Assembly (NCBI GenBank): GCA_030324005.1
Contig: JARDVH010000121.1
Location: 53,723,397-53,787,396 of the forward strand
Direction: 5' to 3'
Length of the DNA: 64,000 bases
Origin: Negaprion brevirostris
Lineage: Eukaryota
Shown: positions 12,506 to 24,221 of the stretch, piece after piece
Numbering within the stretch: position 1 is the stretch's first letter
Layout: every line of letters begins with the position of its first letter
Notes under the pieces: generated by a model
The model's input: the letters and a program-made list of their open reading frames with translations, nothing else
Told to the model about the DNA's origin: nothing
Databases searched by the model: none
Program-made: the position numbers and the translations under genes

Positions 12506-14334
12506 AACAAAACACAGATTCTGCCACCTCTCTTTATACAGCTTAAACAACTATCAATGTATTCTGCACCAGGACAAGACCAATACTGTTCAGAAAGAGC
12601 TTCAGTGACCTTTCAAAGGTAGCCAAGGGAGGTCAAAGCATTTGTGCCAATTTACATCTCCCAATTGTATAGCCTTCATGTTCCTCTACTCTGTCAATAA
12701 CAAGGTGTCAAGGAAACTCACTTATGCAAAAGGAACCCTCTAAAAACCTTTACTCAAAGTCACTCTGATAACACACTGTGCATGCCACATGGCCTCTGCA
12801 ATTCTTCAGAAACTCTTAAGATGGCAATGGACCTCCACCTCTCATCATCATGGATGCACATGTTCATATGCGGTGGTGTCTATGCCACTCGCATACTTTG
12901 AACATTGCTATCCTTCCCTCCAAAGGAACTTCTGTCCTATAACCAATAATGGAGCTGTATATTCAGGGAAAAAATATATAACAGAAAGCCTTGAGTTTGC
13001 ATGAGCAAGGAATATTGTAAATCAGGTAGAGGCTGTGCAAAATGGTGAGGTTGGACATGAGGCAGCAGCAAAGTTAGTAAAAGCTGGGAACGGCTCATCA
13101 CAAATAATAAATGTGTTTATTCAAGATTCCACATTGCCTTCACAGGAAACCACTATTTCTTCAAGGAAACAGACTGCAGGAACTTTCTCACAACCTTCAA
13201 AACCTGGAGAGATTGTCAGTCGAGGAATACTCTGCAGCAACAAGACATCAGGAAGAATTGACGTCCAATGTGACAACTTTTACAACTTTCAGTATGACCC
13301 CTGAGAACCAGCCTGAAAACCTTATTTACACAGAATTTCTAAGACCTGATTGAAACAATTTTCAGCAATGATATCTACCGGAAACAAAGCTGAGCAAATG
13401 CTCAATTTCAGTGATTTATAAGCATTTGTTACCAATATTGTCATTTCTCCAGAGATTAGCATTCAACCTGATTCTCTCCACAACAATAACATGCATTTAT
13501 ATAGCACATCTAATACAGTAAAACATCCCAAGGCGCTTAGGCCTGTAAGAGGTCAGCTGCCATCAAATCTCACCTCACTGAGGAAGCTAGTGGACTGGGA
13601 GCGCTTCCGAGTAAGTAAAGTGGCAATAGTGGACACAGTGTTAATTAAGAAAGATATCGTTTAAGTAGATTACATTCTGAGTTCAATTCTATGAGTCATT
13701 GTAAAAGTTTTCGAGTAGAATGAAGACTAGGGTCCCTTTGAAAAACTGTCTTCTGAAGAAAATTGTCTGAAGTCTTTGAAAGTAAGAAACATTGTAAATT
13801 GAAAATGGATAGACATGAAGTGGTTTAATTTATTGTGTCAACCTTGATTTATTGATAGTAGTAGACCAGTCATTTCGCTGATTGGTGGCAGTGCAGGGCT
13901 ACCTTCTCCCCTTTCAGTGCAGCCATTTCATGCTTCAGAGAAGGTGGAGGTGCCCCATCCTTTTCCCTACATCATTTATCTTCATCAGTTTCTGAAGCAG
14001 CAAGCCTTTTCTGCATTGCAATATTGTGTGGAATGCAGCAACTTGCAATGATTCTGATGTTATTGGTTTAGTTTTAATTCATAGGTTTACCCAAGCACCT
14101 AAAATTAAGTTATAAATGGTTAGAATGATACATCTTATCTTTGCATGGGCTTCCATAGATCTGTTGTCTCATTCTGTAAGTAGAAGCCTTAGTGAAGAAA
14201 CCATCCTCATGCGTAGCTCCAAGTCATGCCAACTAATGTGATAGCTTGTCATTTGAAGGATTCATAATGATAGCTTCCTGGGTATTGAGCACTCATGCAG
14301 AGTTAGGTGGTTAATGTTTATTTAAAGTTTTTTT

Positions 14335-14630
14335 TTAGTTTATTTATTTATTAGTCACAAGTAGGCTTACATTCACAAAGCAATGAAGTTACTGTGAAAA
14401 TCCCCCTAGTTGCAAACTCCAGCACCTGTTTGAGGGAGAATTTAGCATGGTCAATGCACCTAACGTGTGTATCTTTGGACTGTGGCAGGAAGCCGGAGAA
14501 TCCAGAGTACACCCAGGCAGACACGGGATGAATGTGCAAATTCCACGCAGACATTGAACCAAGCCGGGAATTGAACCTGGGTCCCTTATGCTGTCAGGCA
14601 GCAATACTAACCACTGTGCACCGTGCCATC
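14335..14630 (-). mobile_element. HE1/V-SINE-like SINE with tail type B
   Basis: Head ggcacggtgcacagtggttagt...gacccaggttcaattcc, body and B tail. Confidence 0.85.
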
Positions 14631-16049
14631 CTTGTTGTACACTAGCATCATTAGAATTACATTTATTAGAATTGCATTTAATTTCTGTGTATACCATTGA
14701 GAGGGTTGGCAAATAGAGCTTTGAATGCTTTCTGTCAATTGCCCCTTGCATCTGTGAGACTTTGCTGGACTATTGGATCTATCTCTTTGGGAAAGCATGC
14801 AAGTTGTGCAGCCATTTGGAATTTGCATTTTCTACTTTGATAATTTGGTAACATTTTACCTGTCTAATATGACATAGGTGACCAGTTGTTAACTGGGAGA
14901 ATCCAGTTGCAAACAAGTTTAAGACAATGGTGGATGATTAGGGAAAACACTATTTTCCTGGTGAAATGAGCTTCAGAACTTCAGCCAACTGTTCCAACTG
15001 CCCCCCACCCCCGACATCACTCTAACCCATCTCCCCACCCCTGACCACCCTGTAGGATTTATTATCTAAGAGTCATTCGTCTGGTTTCTTCTACGTTATC
15101 AACTTCCCCTTCTTCATTCCATTTCCCAGTGAAAAGTGTATTTTTTTACAGTACTATTGAAATTGGCAGCAAAAGTCCTGACAGGATCCCCAAAGCACCA
15201 AATAGGTTTACATGCTGCTGAGCAGTGTTAGTTTGCCTGGAAGCTAAAGAAATGGGCCAGAGAACCATTGAAATACAGCAGGATAGAGTTCCTTCAGTTC
15301 TTGCAAAATACTGGTGATATTTGGGAGGATACTTTGATGCAATCTTGCAGCAGGATTCTTCACAGAATAGACATAATATTTCACAGTCTGATTTCACTTC
15401 ATAAATTGTCCCAAGTACACCTCCAAATTGCCAATAAATTGGGAGAAATTCCAGCCACAACAAGGTCCTATACAAACACAAATACAGAAAGACATCCCAT
15501 ACAGACAGCAAATAAATGCTTTTGAGGCAGAAACATGACATTATAAAGACTGGTGTAATCTTCATTCAGAATAAGACCGTATATAAGACCCACTTCATCC
15601 ATGTACTAGAAATGGTGAATGCCTTACAGATTTCAATAGAGAGAAACCTTAACCATCTCATCAGAAAGGGTACCAAGTGAAGGCACCAAACAAAAGAATG
15701 AGGTTTCCATTGCAACAGCAGTGCAGTAAGACACCAATTAAAAAAAAAGACACCATAGAGATCCTCTAAGTACATATAGCTAGATAGATGGCAGGCACCA
15801 AGGCAGAAAGTCAGAGCCCAGAAAAAAACTTTACAGGGAGAAACATCTAATAGGCAGCCAGTAGGAATATTGCGTGTACAGGCACAAAAACCAATGAAAC
15901 ACCCATACAGGCACCAGTAATGGGAGTGAAGCCCCACAAAGAAACGAGAATGGAANNNNCCATACAGACACCAATACACAATGAGGTAAATAGACCCCTT
16001 ACAGGCACTAGTGACGGTCAGAATACATTTACACTACAATAAAAAGCGT

Positions 16050-16400
16050 GATGGTAGCATTGTGATAATTTTACTAGTCTAGCAATCCAGAACCCAGATT
16101 AATGCCCGGGCTCAAATTTCGCTACCTCAGCCGACAGAATTTAAAATACAAAACCTGAAATTGAAAACTAGTCTCAGTAATGGTGACCAAGACAATCATC
16201 CTCAATCGTTGTAAAACTTCATGTTCACTAATGTCTCTCAAGGAAAGTCACCATTAAGCAGTCTGACTCCAGACCCGCAGCTATGTGGTTGACTCCTTAC
16301 TGTCCTTTGAAATGGCTTAGCAAGCCATTTAGTGTAAGAGCAATTGGGGATCGGCAACAAATGCTGACCTTGACAGCGCCATTCATCCATGAAAGAATGC
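16050..16400 (+). mobile_element. Second SINE family, tail shared with the LINE at 10570-12505
   Basis: Degenerate tRNA-like head, body gttcactaatgtc...gactccagaccc.cagc.atgtggttgactc, tail gcaattggggatcggcaacaaatgctg resembling 12437-12490. Confidence 0.65.
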
Positions 16401-19400
16401 AAAATAAACTCAAAAATAAGGACAGGGCCCAATGTTGAACTTGATATTCTACTTCGACACTTGCGCAAAGAATGCGACTCCCATTTGGGCAGCAATTGAA
16501 GAAATCCTGTAGAGTTTGGGATGCAGTTAGAAAGCCGAATTTACTTTTACGAGCGGACTGGCCCTCCGGGCAATCGATTCTCTTGTGATATGTTATTTGT
16601 GGCAATAAAATCCGCAAAGGCAACCCAACGGAGAGGGAGCGGGGAGGGGGGAACCACCAACGTACCGCCTAATATTGAGAATAGGATCTCTACTGACATC
16701 ATCAAAAACAAAAAGGGATCCAATGAAGACTCCAATAGGCAAAGCGATCCCACACAAACCTTGAATGAAAGATACCGATATAGAATGACCCCTGTGACAG
16801 AATAGAGAGTGAATCTGCATGCAGATATACAAAATAAGTAATGAGAATGAGACAGATACCTCGGTGTAACGGGCGAACCCAAGGTTGTGATCTTATAGAG
16901 AAACCAATATATTTGTAAAAAAAAGAAGAGTGCAGATAAAAGGTGAGGTATGTTGCATAAACCTTAACAGTTGGAGTGGAAGCCATGTAACTGCCAAAGG
17001 TGTGAATTCTTACACAGAAAACTTGAACAGCCAGAGATCCACCCGGATTGACTCAACATACAAACACCTTATGAGGGCAAGACCTCAAGTAGTAATGTAT
17101 AACTTGTTTAGATAGAGTGGGGGTGGCGGAGGGAGAAGGCCAGTGCAAAAGAAAACAGTTTCAACTGATCTAGATTATTACCCGAATCGGGGTGTGGCCC
17201 TTCGACAGAGAGTGCACCCAGAGAGTAAGAGAATTCATTGAATGAACACTATGCGGTCAGTGAGTCAGTCACCATGGAGGGAACAACTTTACGAATATCG
17301 GTACGGAGTGTTACCACATTACTGAGCATTCTCAAAATAGAAACAGCGATTATAACAGTGTAGACAGTCTGCTTATTTTAACAGTAAGTTCATACAAACC
17401 TTTTCTGTTTCAGCTACAGAAANNNNNNNNNNACTGTTAAACATACCCTAGCCATATGGTTCATATTATTCTCATCAAGTACTTATATTTTGATTTTATT
17501 TAAAATGGGCATCTTGCCACATTGGCCAGGCTTAATAGACATATCAATTATTTGCAACCGTTTTGTTAGAATAATAAAGGAAAAGAATGAGTTGATTTCA
17601 ATAATAATACACTGACCTTGTAAAAGTGTAAAAAAAATTAAGATGACAGCACTCTGTTTGATCTCTATTAAATAAAATAATTTTAATTATATCATCTACC
17701 ATACCACAACAAATAACTGGCATTTATATTTCAAGAACTGTATACATAATTAAACATGCATACGCACTTATATACGATTGTGGAAATCAAGTCACTGAGA
17801 TCAGTCAACAGTAATAATGCAGCCTCGCACAATGATATAATCATCGCTTAACAGAAACTCTGGTTTATGTTTTGATTGCTGCAGTCGGGATCTTCATTAA
17901 CCTAGGAAAACGAATATTATATTCATATGTTCAATGGAATCACTAGGAAAGAGTCGAGGCTAAATGTTACCATTTCGCTTGAGTCGGTTAGATTAGTTAC
18001 AATTCGCATTTATGACCTGAAATGCTTTAATTTCAAAAGATATCTGCAGAATCTACAAGTTAAACAAACCAATGGTTAAAACAGCGTCGCATCTTTGAAT
18101 GGGCAGCACACGATGAGTATATTGTAACTTATATCATTAGTTATTTTTCATCTATTGTCTGTGATTACCTCTGATTGTCTATACGCCCCTTGAAACGGGT
18201 TTTTGATTCAGTCTAGAATGGCAATTTATGTTTTTAGAAAATTTACGGTGCAGGAAAAGGCCTTTCAGCCCATCGTGTCTCCGCCGGTCCAAAAAGAGAA
18301 GGGGGTGAAAACTAGCAGTTCGTTTTAATGCCACCTTGCAGCACCTGGTTGGTGGCCCTGCTTTAGCTGCGGGATTTATTTATTTCGGAATGTAGGAAAC
18401 ATTCCTGTTTGGCTGTCACACATGGGCATGAAACACACGTCGGGGTTTTGTCCTATTTAAAATAAACGGACTGTGTTTCTTGCTGTAACGAGGACCGTGG
18501 CAACATCCTGTATTTCTCTCCCTGTAACACGCGCGCACACACTGTTTCTGTATCTCCTTTAATTAAGAAGTTATTTACATTATCAATGGAGGACAAACAA
18601 TGTCAGCTGACACCCTCTTTTCACTTGGGTGCCCCTCCTAGCAAGACTCCCCCACAGCAGGTCACAACCCACCCCACCCCCTCACACCAACAGGACATCG
18701 TTGCCCTGGAACAGGGCAGACGAGGCTAATGCAATCATGGAAGCCGATCTAGATGATATTAAAATAATCCAGTAAAGGGGGATTTCACTGTTTACTGTTT
18801 GGACATAATTGAATTTACGTCGGCTGTCAGAAGCCTGTTATTATTAACCAAGTGACGGACAAACAATCACAACACAATGCGTCAATTTACTCCTCATCAC
18901 TGGAACAATGACATCTTAACAGTTTTGCCCTGATATTTCCAGTCCATTAATCAAACCATCCTGATCCCTCAGAGCATCGGTGGAAGGTGAGTCCAGTTAT
19001 AACTTTTTGTCCAGATAAGCATCCTTGGTTTGAGCCCGGCCGCATTTCATTTCAAACACGAAGTGGCTTAACATTTAAGAGGGTAAATCGAATTAAGATC
19101 CGGATTTATTATGGCACCATCGCATTCCCAAAACCAACCTGAAATTGACAAGTTGGTGGGTGGGAAGGAGAAATTTCCAACTTACCGCAGCGAATTCCTG
19201 CTGCTGCCAGGGCCTGACTTAAGAAGGCAAGCTTTGAGCGAAGTGGAACCACTACACGTACCTTTAAAGATAACCTCTTGCGCTGTCTGGGGTTCGTTTA
19301 TCTACAATGGAAACATTTTAAACGGGAATGGCGGTAAATGTAAAGAAAGGACGGTCTTCGATTCTTTTTGATATTGCTGGAGGAGCGGGGGTGGGGGGTT

Positions 19401-19875
19401 ACTCTTAGGGGTATACTAGCAAGGAGCACTTGGAATCAAAGGACATGGGGCCAGGGATGATTCGTGCATTACATTGTATTGTTTCTGTGCTGGTTATAGC
19501 AATCTCGGAAATGTACAGTCCTTTCTGGGCAGCACTCAGCAATAGGGCGAATGACATTTGACTGGTGTACCTCAACATTTTCACATGCATTAATTAAACT
19601 CTTTGTTATAATCCGGTAGTGCTTTTAGGTCGATGGATTGTTGCTTTTTAAATAGATTGCAGATTATCCTGCTTACCTGCAACGAGCTATTAATATCGTG
19701 GCGCTCTGTCACCACGTATTTGATACTGAGTTAAATGGCTTGGTTCAAGCTATTTCCCGGAGAATGAAGGAAGAATAACAGCAACAGGGGTCAGCGTGAC
19801 CCAAGGGCAGCACAGTTATTTTAACTTTGCTTCACCTCCTGTCCCTGCTTGAAACCTATCTCCGTGAGGAATATT

Positions 19876-20508
19876 ACAAACACACAGACAAACACATGTA
19901 TATAAACACACATGCACACATATATAAACACACGCACAAATACGCACAAATACATACAAATACATAAACCAGCACATATAAACACACATACACATGACAC
20001 ACACATACAAACACACATATAAATGCACACACATATAAACGCACACAAATACACACACATACTAACACAAACATACATATAAACACATGGACAAAAGAAA
20101 TACATACACATATATAAATGCACACACGCATATACACACGCACAAATACACAAACATACAAACATAAACATACAAACACACAGATAAACACACATACACA
20201 TACAAACACGCATAGAAATATGTATATATAAACGCGAACACATATACACGCATAAAACACCCACAAGTACACATACAAACATACATATAAAACACATTCA
20301 CATGCAAACGCACAAATACACACACACATATAAACACACGCAAACACACATAANNNNNNNNNNNNNNNNNNNNNNNNNNNNNNNNNNNNNNNNNNNNNNN
20401 NNNNNNNNNNNNNNNNNNNNNNNNNNNNNNNNNNNNNNNNNNNNNNNNNNNNNAAACACACATAAGCATACAAAGACACTCAAACACAAACATACGAACA
20501 CACACACA
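19876..20508. repeat. Degenerate (CA/TA)n microsatellite with an assembly gap
   Basis: acacacatatataaacacacgc-type low complexity; source of the spurious VCVC ORFs. Confidence 0.95.
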
Positions 20509-21925
20509 GATTACATTTATCTGGATAATTGATATTAAAACAAATTAATCGCCACCGAAATGAAGAGAAAGAAAATGGTCAGGTTGGTTGGGTAAAACGA
20601 TCACATTATAAGAGGAATTAAATATTAAGGAACAATTGTGGAGTAACACGCTTTCCTTTGTGCTCTAGTTTTACAATACATGCACAGAAGTGACAACCCT
20701 TTTAATTTTTGCAGAATTCAGGACAATGGTTTCAAACCGTTCTTGATATTCTAGAAACGCAATATTCTAAATAAACATCTGCTGATTTTAAAGCTTTCAT
20801 TCTGATATTTGTTCCGCTTCTGTCGTCAGTGCGGAGAAATGATTCCAAAGCAACCTTACTAACAGCGCAAGGAAGGATCTTTTTTCACTCTCTCTAGCTA
20901 AGATAAGGAACTTGGAACGGAATTATACATTCAAGAGTTAGTAGCATGCAAACTAATGGAAATGTTTAATTTACCGACGTGCGATCACATTTTATTGCAG
21001 GTTCCTGCGCCAGGATACTTAAACCTAAATATTGGGATATTTCAAATGACAGATTCATATACTCGCATGTGACTTTCATCATGTTACATAAAATTGAGAT
21101 GTATCTATACACACAATTTACACCTGAAATTCAGTCCGCTATTTTAAATGCGATCATATTATCAACACGAAAGGGAACTCCAATAAAGAGAGTGAACTTA
21201 ATTCAGAAAACGCTACATAAGTGACTGATTTTTTGAATACCAGCTCTCTCTATATTAGATTTCGAATATTAAAGATCTAAAGCTCTGTTAAATATGACCA
21301 TTCTGTAATTAGTATTTTACAGGGATTGCTTTACGATGCCGCTGGTTCTTAAAGTGCGCGCTTTCACTATTCACTTTATCTGTGATCTGATTAAACGGGC
21401 CCAGAATTAAATCCACATGAAAATGGTTAGCGGAATTTTAATTCGAATGGTTTTAAGTAAGTCAGTTCGTAACAATTTCAGGCGTGTCAATGAGTTGCAG
21501 ATGGACTGTCCAGTTTGTCATGTTCCGGTGAGAGGACATCCTTAACTGAAATGTATTGGATATCCGGACAAAATGCATTGGTTTACAACCGTCCATAAAT
21601 ATAATGATCTTACAGTTATCAAAATATAATATTAGCGTTATTAAAACCAACCCTCCACAAGCAGACTGTGAATCAACAACAACTGGCAACTTCAAGGCAT
21701 ATTCGCTGCTTCTATTAATCGTAACCCTGCCGTCTTTTTTAGACAATTAATGACCTTGTAAAATTGTCACGATCTTGTGCTTGCCTTTGCGTTTTCCCCA
21801 CTTTTTATTTCCACAAGCCGTGCCGTGAACGAACTGAGAGACTTATCTCATTTCAGCAACAGTCCTAGCTATGCTTTGCCGTTGATCTTAAACTTTTATT
21901 GTCTTTTTTCAGAATATGATATATA

Positions 21926-22412
21926 TATATTTACATAGCAGGACATTGTATTCTTAAAGAGGCAGGGCCACTGATTATGGCCTTCATAATCCCAATAGCA
22001 GAAAAGTTAACAACGTAGAAAGCAGGAAACCCCCATTAAATCACACACTTTCCACCAAAGAAACATATATATGATACATAAAGAAACATATAAAAACACA
22101 TAAAAAACATACAAAGAAACATATATATAAAGAAACATAAAACACATAAGAAGCTTATAAAGAAACATATATATAAAGAAACATATAAAACACATAAAAC
22201 ATATATATAAAGAAATATAAAAACACATAAGAAATATATAAAGAAACATATATATTATATTTGTTATATATATATGTTTCTTTGGTGGAAAGCGCATGAC
22301 TTCATGGGGGTTTCCTGATTTCCACGTCGTTAACTTTTCTGCAATTGGCATTATGAAGGCCAATAGGCGCCCCTGTCTCTTTAAAAATACAACGTCCTGC
22401 TATGTAAATATA
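21926..22412. repeat. Imperfect inverted repeat (arms 21926-22071 and 22269-22412) with AT-rich microsatellite spacer
   Basis: Hand alignment of the left arm with the reverse complement of the right arm gives about 17 mismatches plus a 2-nt indel over 146 nt. Spacer consists of AAACATAT/AAGAAACATATA-type units. Confidence 0.95.
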
Positions 22413-22500
22413 GTGGAGGAGGAGGAGGGGGGAGGGAAGGGCCCGCCTCACGTGATCCCTGAGCTACAATTAGCTCGGGGAATTGGCAGAGTTAAAGCGG
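22340..22500 (+). promoter_or_regulatory. Probable gata5 proximal promoter (CCAAT box, GC box, USF-type E-box)
   Basis: CCAAT 22360-22364, G/A-rich run 22414-22440, CCCGCC 22442-22447 directly followed by palindromic TCACGTGA 22448-22455, in CpG-rich DNA about 1.3 kb upstream of the ATG. Confidence 0.6.
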
Positions 22501-22727
22501 AGAAAAACACAGGCAGCTTTCTGGAACAAGTCAGCGATCAAGATAGGGGACAGGTCAGTCCGTGTCAGAACCATCCGGAGCACCAGTTCCTTCGCCCTCA
22601 TTCACTATCGCGTGGCCAAACGGCAACCTTCCTCCCCCAAAACCAGTACAACCTTCTGGAGACGTGTTAAAACATATAAGAAAAAGAATCTTGCATTCCC
22701 TCCTCTGCGACTCCTCTACTGGATTCT
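22500..22727 (+). other. gata5: Candidate non-coding first exon of gata5 (start approximate)
   Basis: Lies between the promoter motifs and a strong donor CT|GTAAGT at 22728. The TSS cannot be fixed from sequence alone. Confidence 0.5.
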
Positions 22728-23521
22728 GTAAGTATTTCGTCCAGAGTACTTTTCAGGGCAATGAATCCGTCTGCTGTAGTTTTTCACCCCCCTCGCTAGC
22801 CCTTATCTGGCAGGTCCCCTTATCTCGCAGATAGAGGATGCATGTAAAGACTTATAACTAAAACGCTATTACTTCGGGGCAGCGCAGTTATCGATACGTT
22901 TTGTGATTTGTGTGATCACAGATAATACAAACTGAACGCCGACTCGCAAAAAAGTTTTGTTGGGCGCCTCCAGTAAAAGGTGCAGGCGGCTCTCCCGGAG
23001 CCTGCTTTCAAACACACAAAAAAACCTTCCCATTTTCCGGCGCACTCGAGGGGAGAGACAACGAGTTACCGGGGAGTTGTGAGAGAGATCAGTTCCCTCC
23101 AATACCTGTGCGGTTTATCCCTTCTGTCACTGTGATAATGGAAATCGTTCCGCCTCTCATTTCGATCAATACATGAGTGGAAACGTTTTACTTTCTTAAA
23201 ATAACCTTGTAACTTATTTATATTGAAATTGCACGACAAACAAATTGTCGATTTCACTCAAGTTTCCTGGTCGATCCGCAAGTCAGTTTCAGGTCAGTTT
23301 TTGGTCTTGGGCATCAAGGATATTTGGGTTTTTTTTATTATCACTTGAATATTGCAAAGATGAAGTGTTGGAATGAAGTGGGATGCTTGCATAAATATTT
23401 CCAAAATTAAACTGAACTTGTCACCAGCTACTTTCTTTCTGTATTGCACCCACTGAATATACGACTTGGTTTGTGGATTTTTCTGTTGAATGGTTTATAA
23501 CTGATCTATTATCTGTTACAG

Positions 23522-23713
23522 GTGAATTTCTTCCTTAAGAACGCACAAGGGCGTGAATTAGAAGGTTCTCTTCCAGCACATTGATTGAATTGCTCTGTTC
23601 GTTAATCCAGCAATGAATTGATCCGGATCTGAAGACAGTTTTGAGTAGATTCCGAACCCTTTCTGCGTCCCCTTCTTTTCCCAACGCGGTCACGGCGTTA
23701 CATCGATTCGAAA
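23522..23713 (+). other. gata5: 5' UTR portion of the first coding exon of gata5
   Basis: Acceptor-like ctgttacag|G at 23521/23522 with a branch-point-like ctgat upstream. GATA4/5/6 genes start translation in exon 2. Confidence 0.7.
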
Positions 23714-24221
23714 ATGTACCAGAGTCTGGCACCGACCTACCCCCACGAAGCTTCGGGTAATTTCATGCATTCGTCGACGGCCTCGCCTGTGTATGTGCCC
23801 ACAACGAGGGTCCCCTCCATGCTGCCCAGCATACCCTATCTCCAAAACTGTGAATCGGCCCATCAGAGTCACCACCTGAGCAATCACGCAGGCTGGCCGC
23901 AACCAGGTACCGACAGCTCCGGATTCAACCCCAGCAGCCCTCATCCATCGACCACCTTCTCCTATTCTCATAGCCCCCCCATGAGCCACGGTGCCGGGAG
24001 GGACGCGGCGTACACCAATCCCTTAGTCATCAGCGCGGGTGGCAGGGAGCAATACGGCAATGCCCTGGTCCGGTCGGTGAATGGATCCTACTCCAGCCCA
24101 TATCCGACCTACGTGAGCCCAGAGATGACTTCAACCTGGCCACCTGGGCCCTTCGAGAGCAGCATGCTTCACAGCCTACAGGCCAGACAAGTCTCTATGT
24201 CTGGGAGGAGGTCCAGTCTGG
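23714..24221 (+). CDS. gata5: GATA5 transcription factor, coding exon 1 (N-terminal activation domain)
   Basis: ATG at 23714 (gaaaATG). Translation MYQSLA...SPVYVPTTRVPSML...REQYGNALVRSVNGSYSSPYP...FESSMLHSLQ is typical of the GATA4/5/6 N-terminus and closest to GATA5. Donor G|GTAGGT at 24222 (phase 1). Confidence 0.96.

Noticed and set aside
12780-13360. Overlapping short ORFs that look exon-like
   Set aside because: No recognisable domain or convincing splice pair; sits in the CpG-poor repeat block and is probably decayed TE sequence.
19816-20532. Long Cys/Val/Tyr-rich and His/Thr-rich ORFs
   Set aside because: Translations of a (CA/TA)n microsatellite.
1-22000. miR-1/miR-133 cluster expected upstream of GATA5 from tetrapod synteny
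   Set aside because: I did not find the mature miR-1 or miR-133 sequences on either strand by eye; probably outside this window.
22366-22378. GGCGCC near GTCT as a BMP/Smad response element
   Set aside because: Spacing is 3 nt rather than the canonical 5 nt.
22296-23257. Several 60-124 aa ORFs around the promoter
   Set aside because: Expected by chance in GC/CpG-rich promoter DNA; no recognisable protein features.
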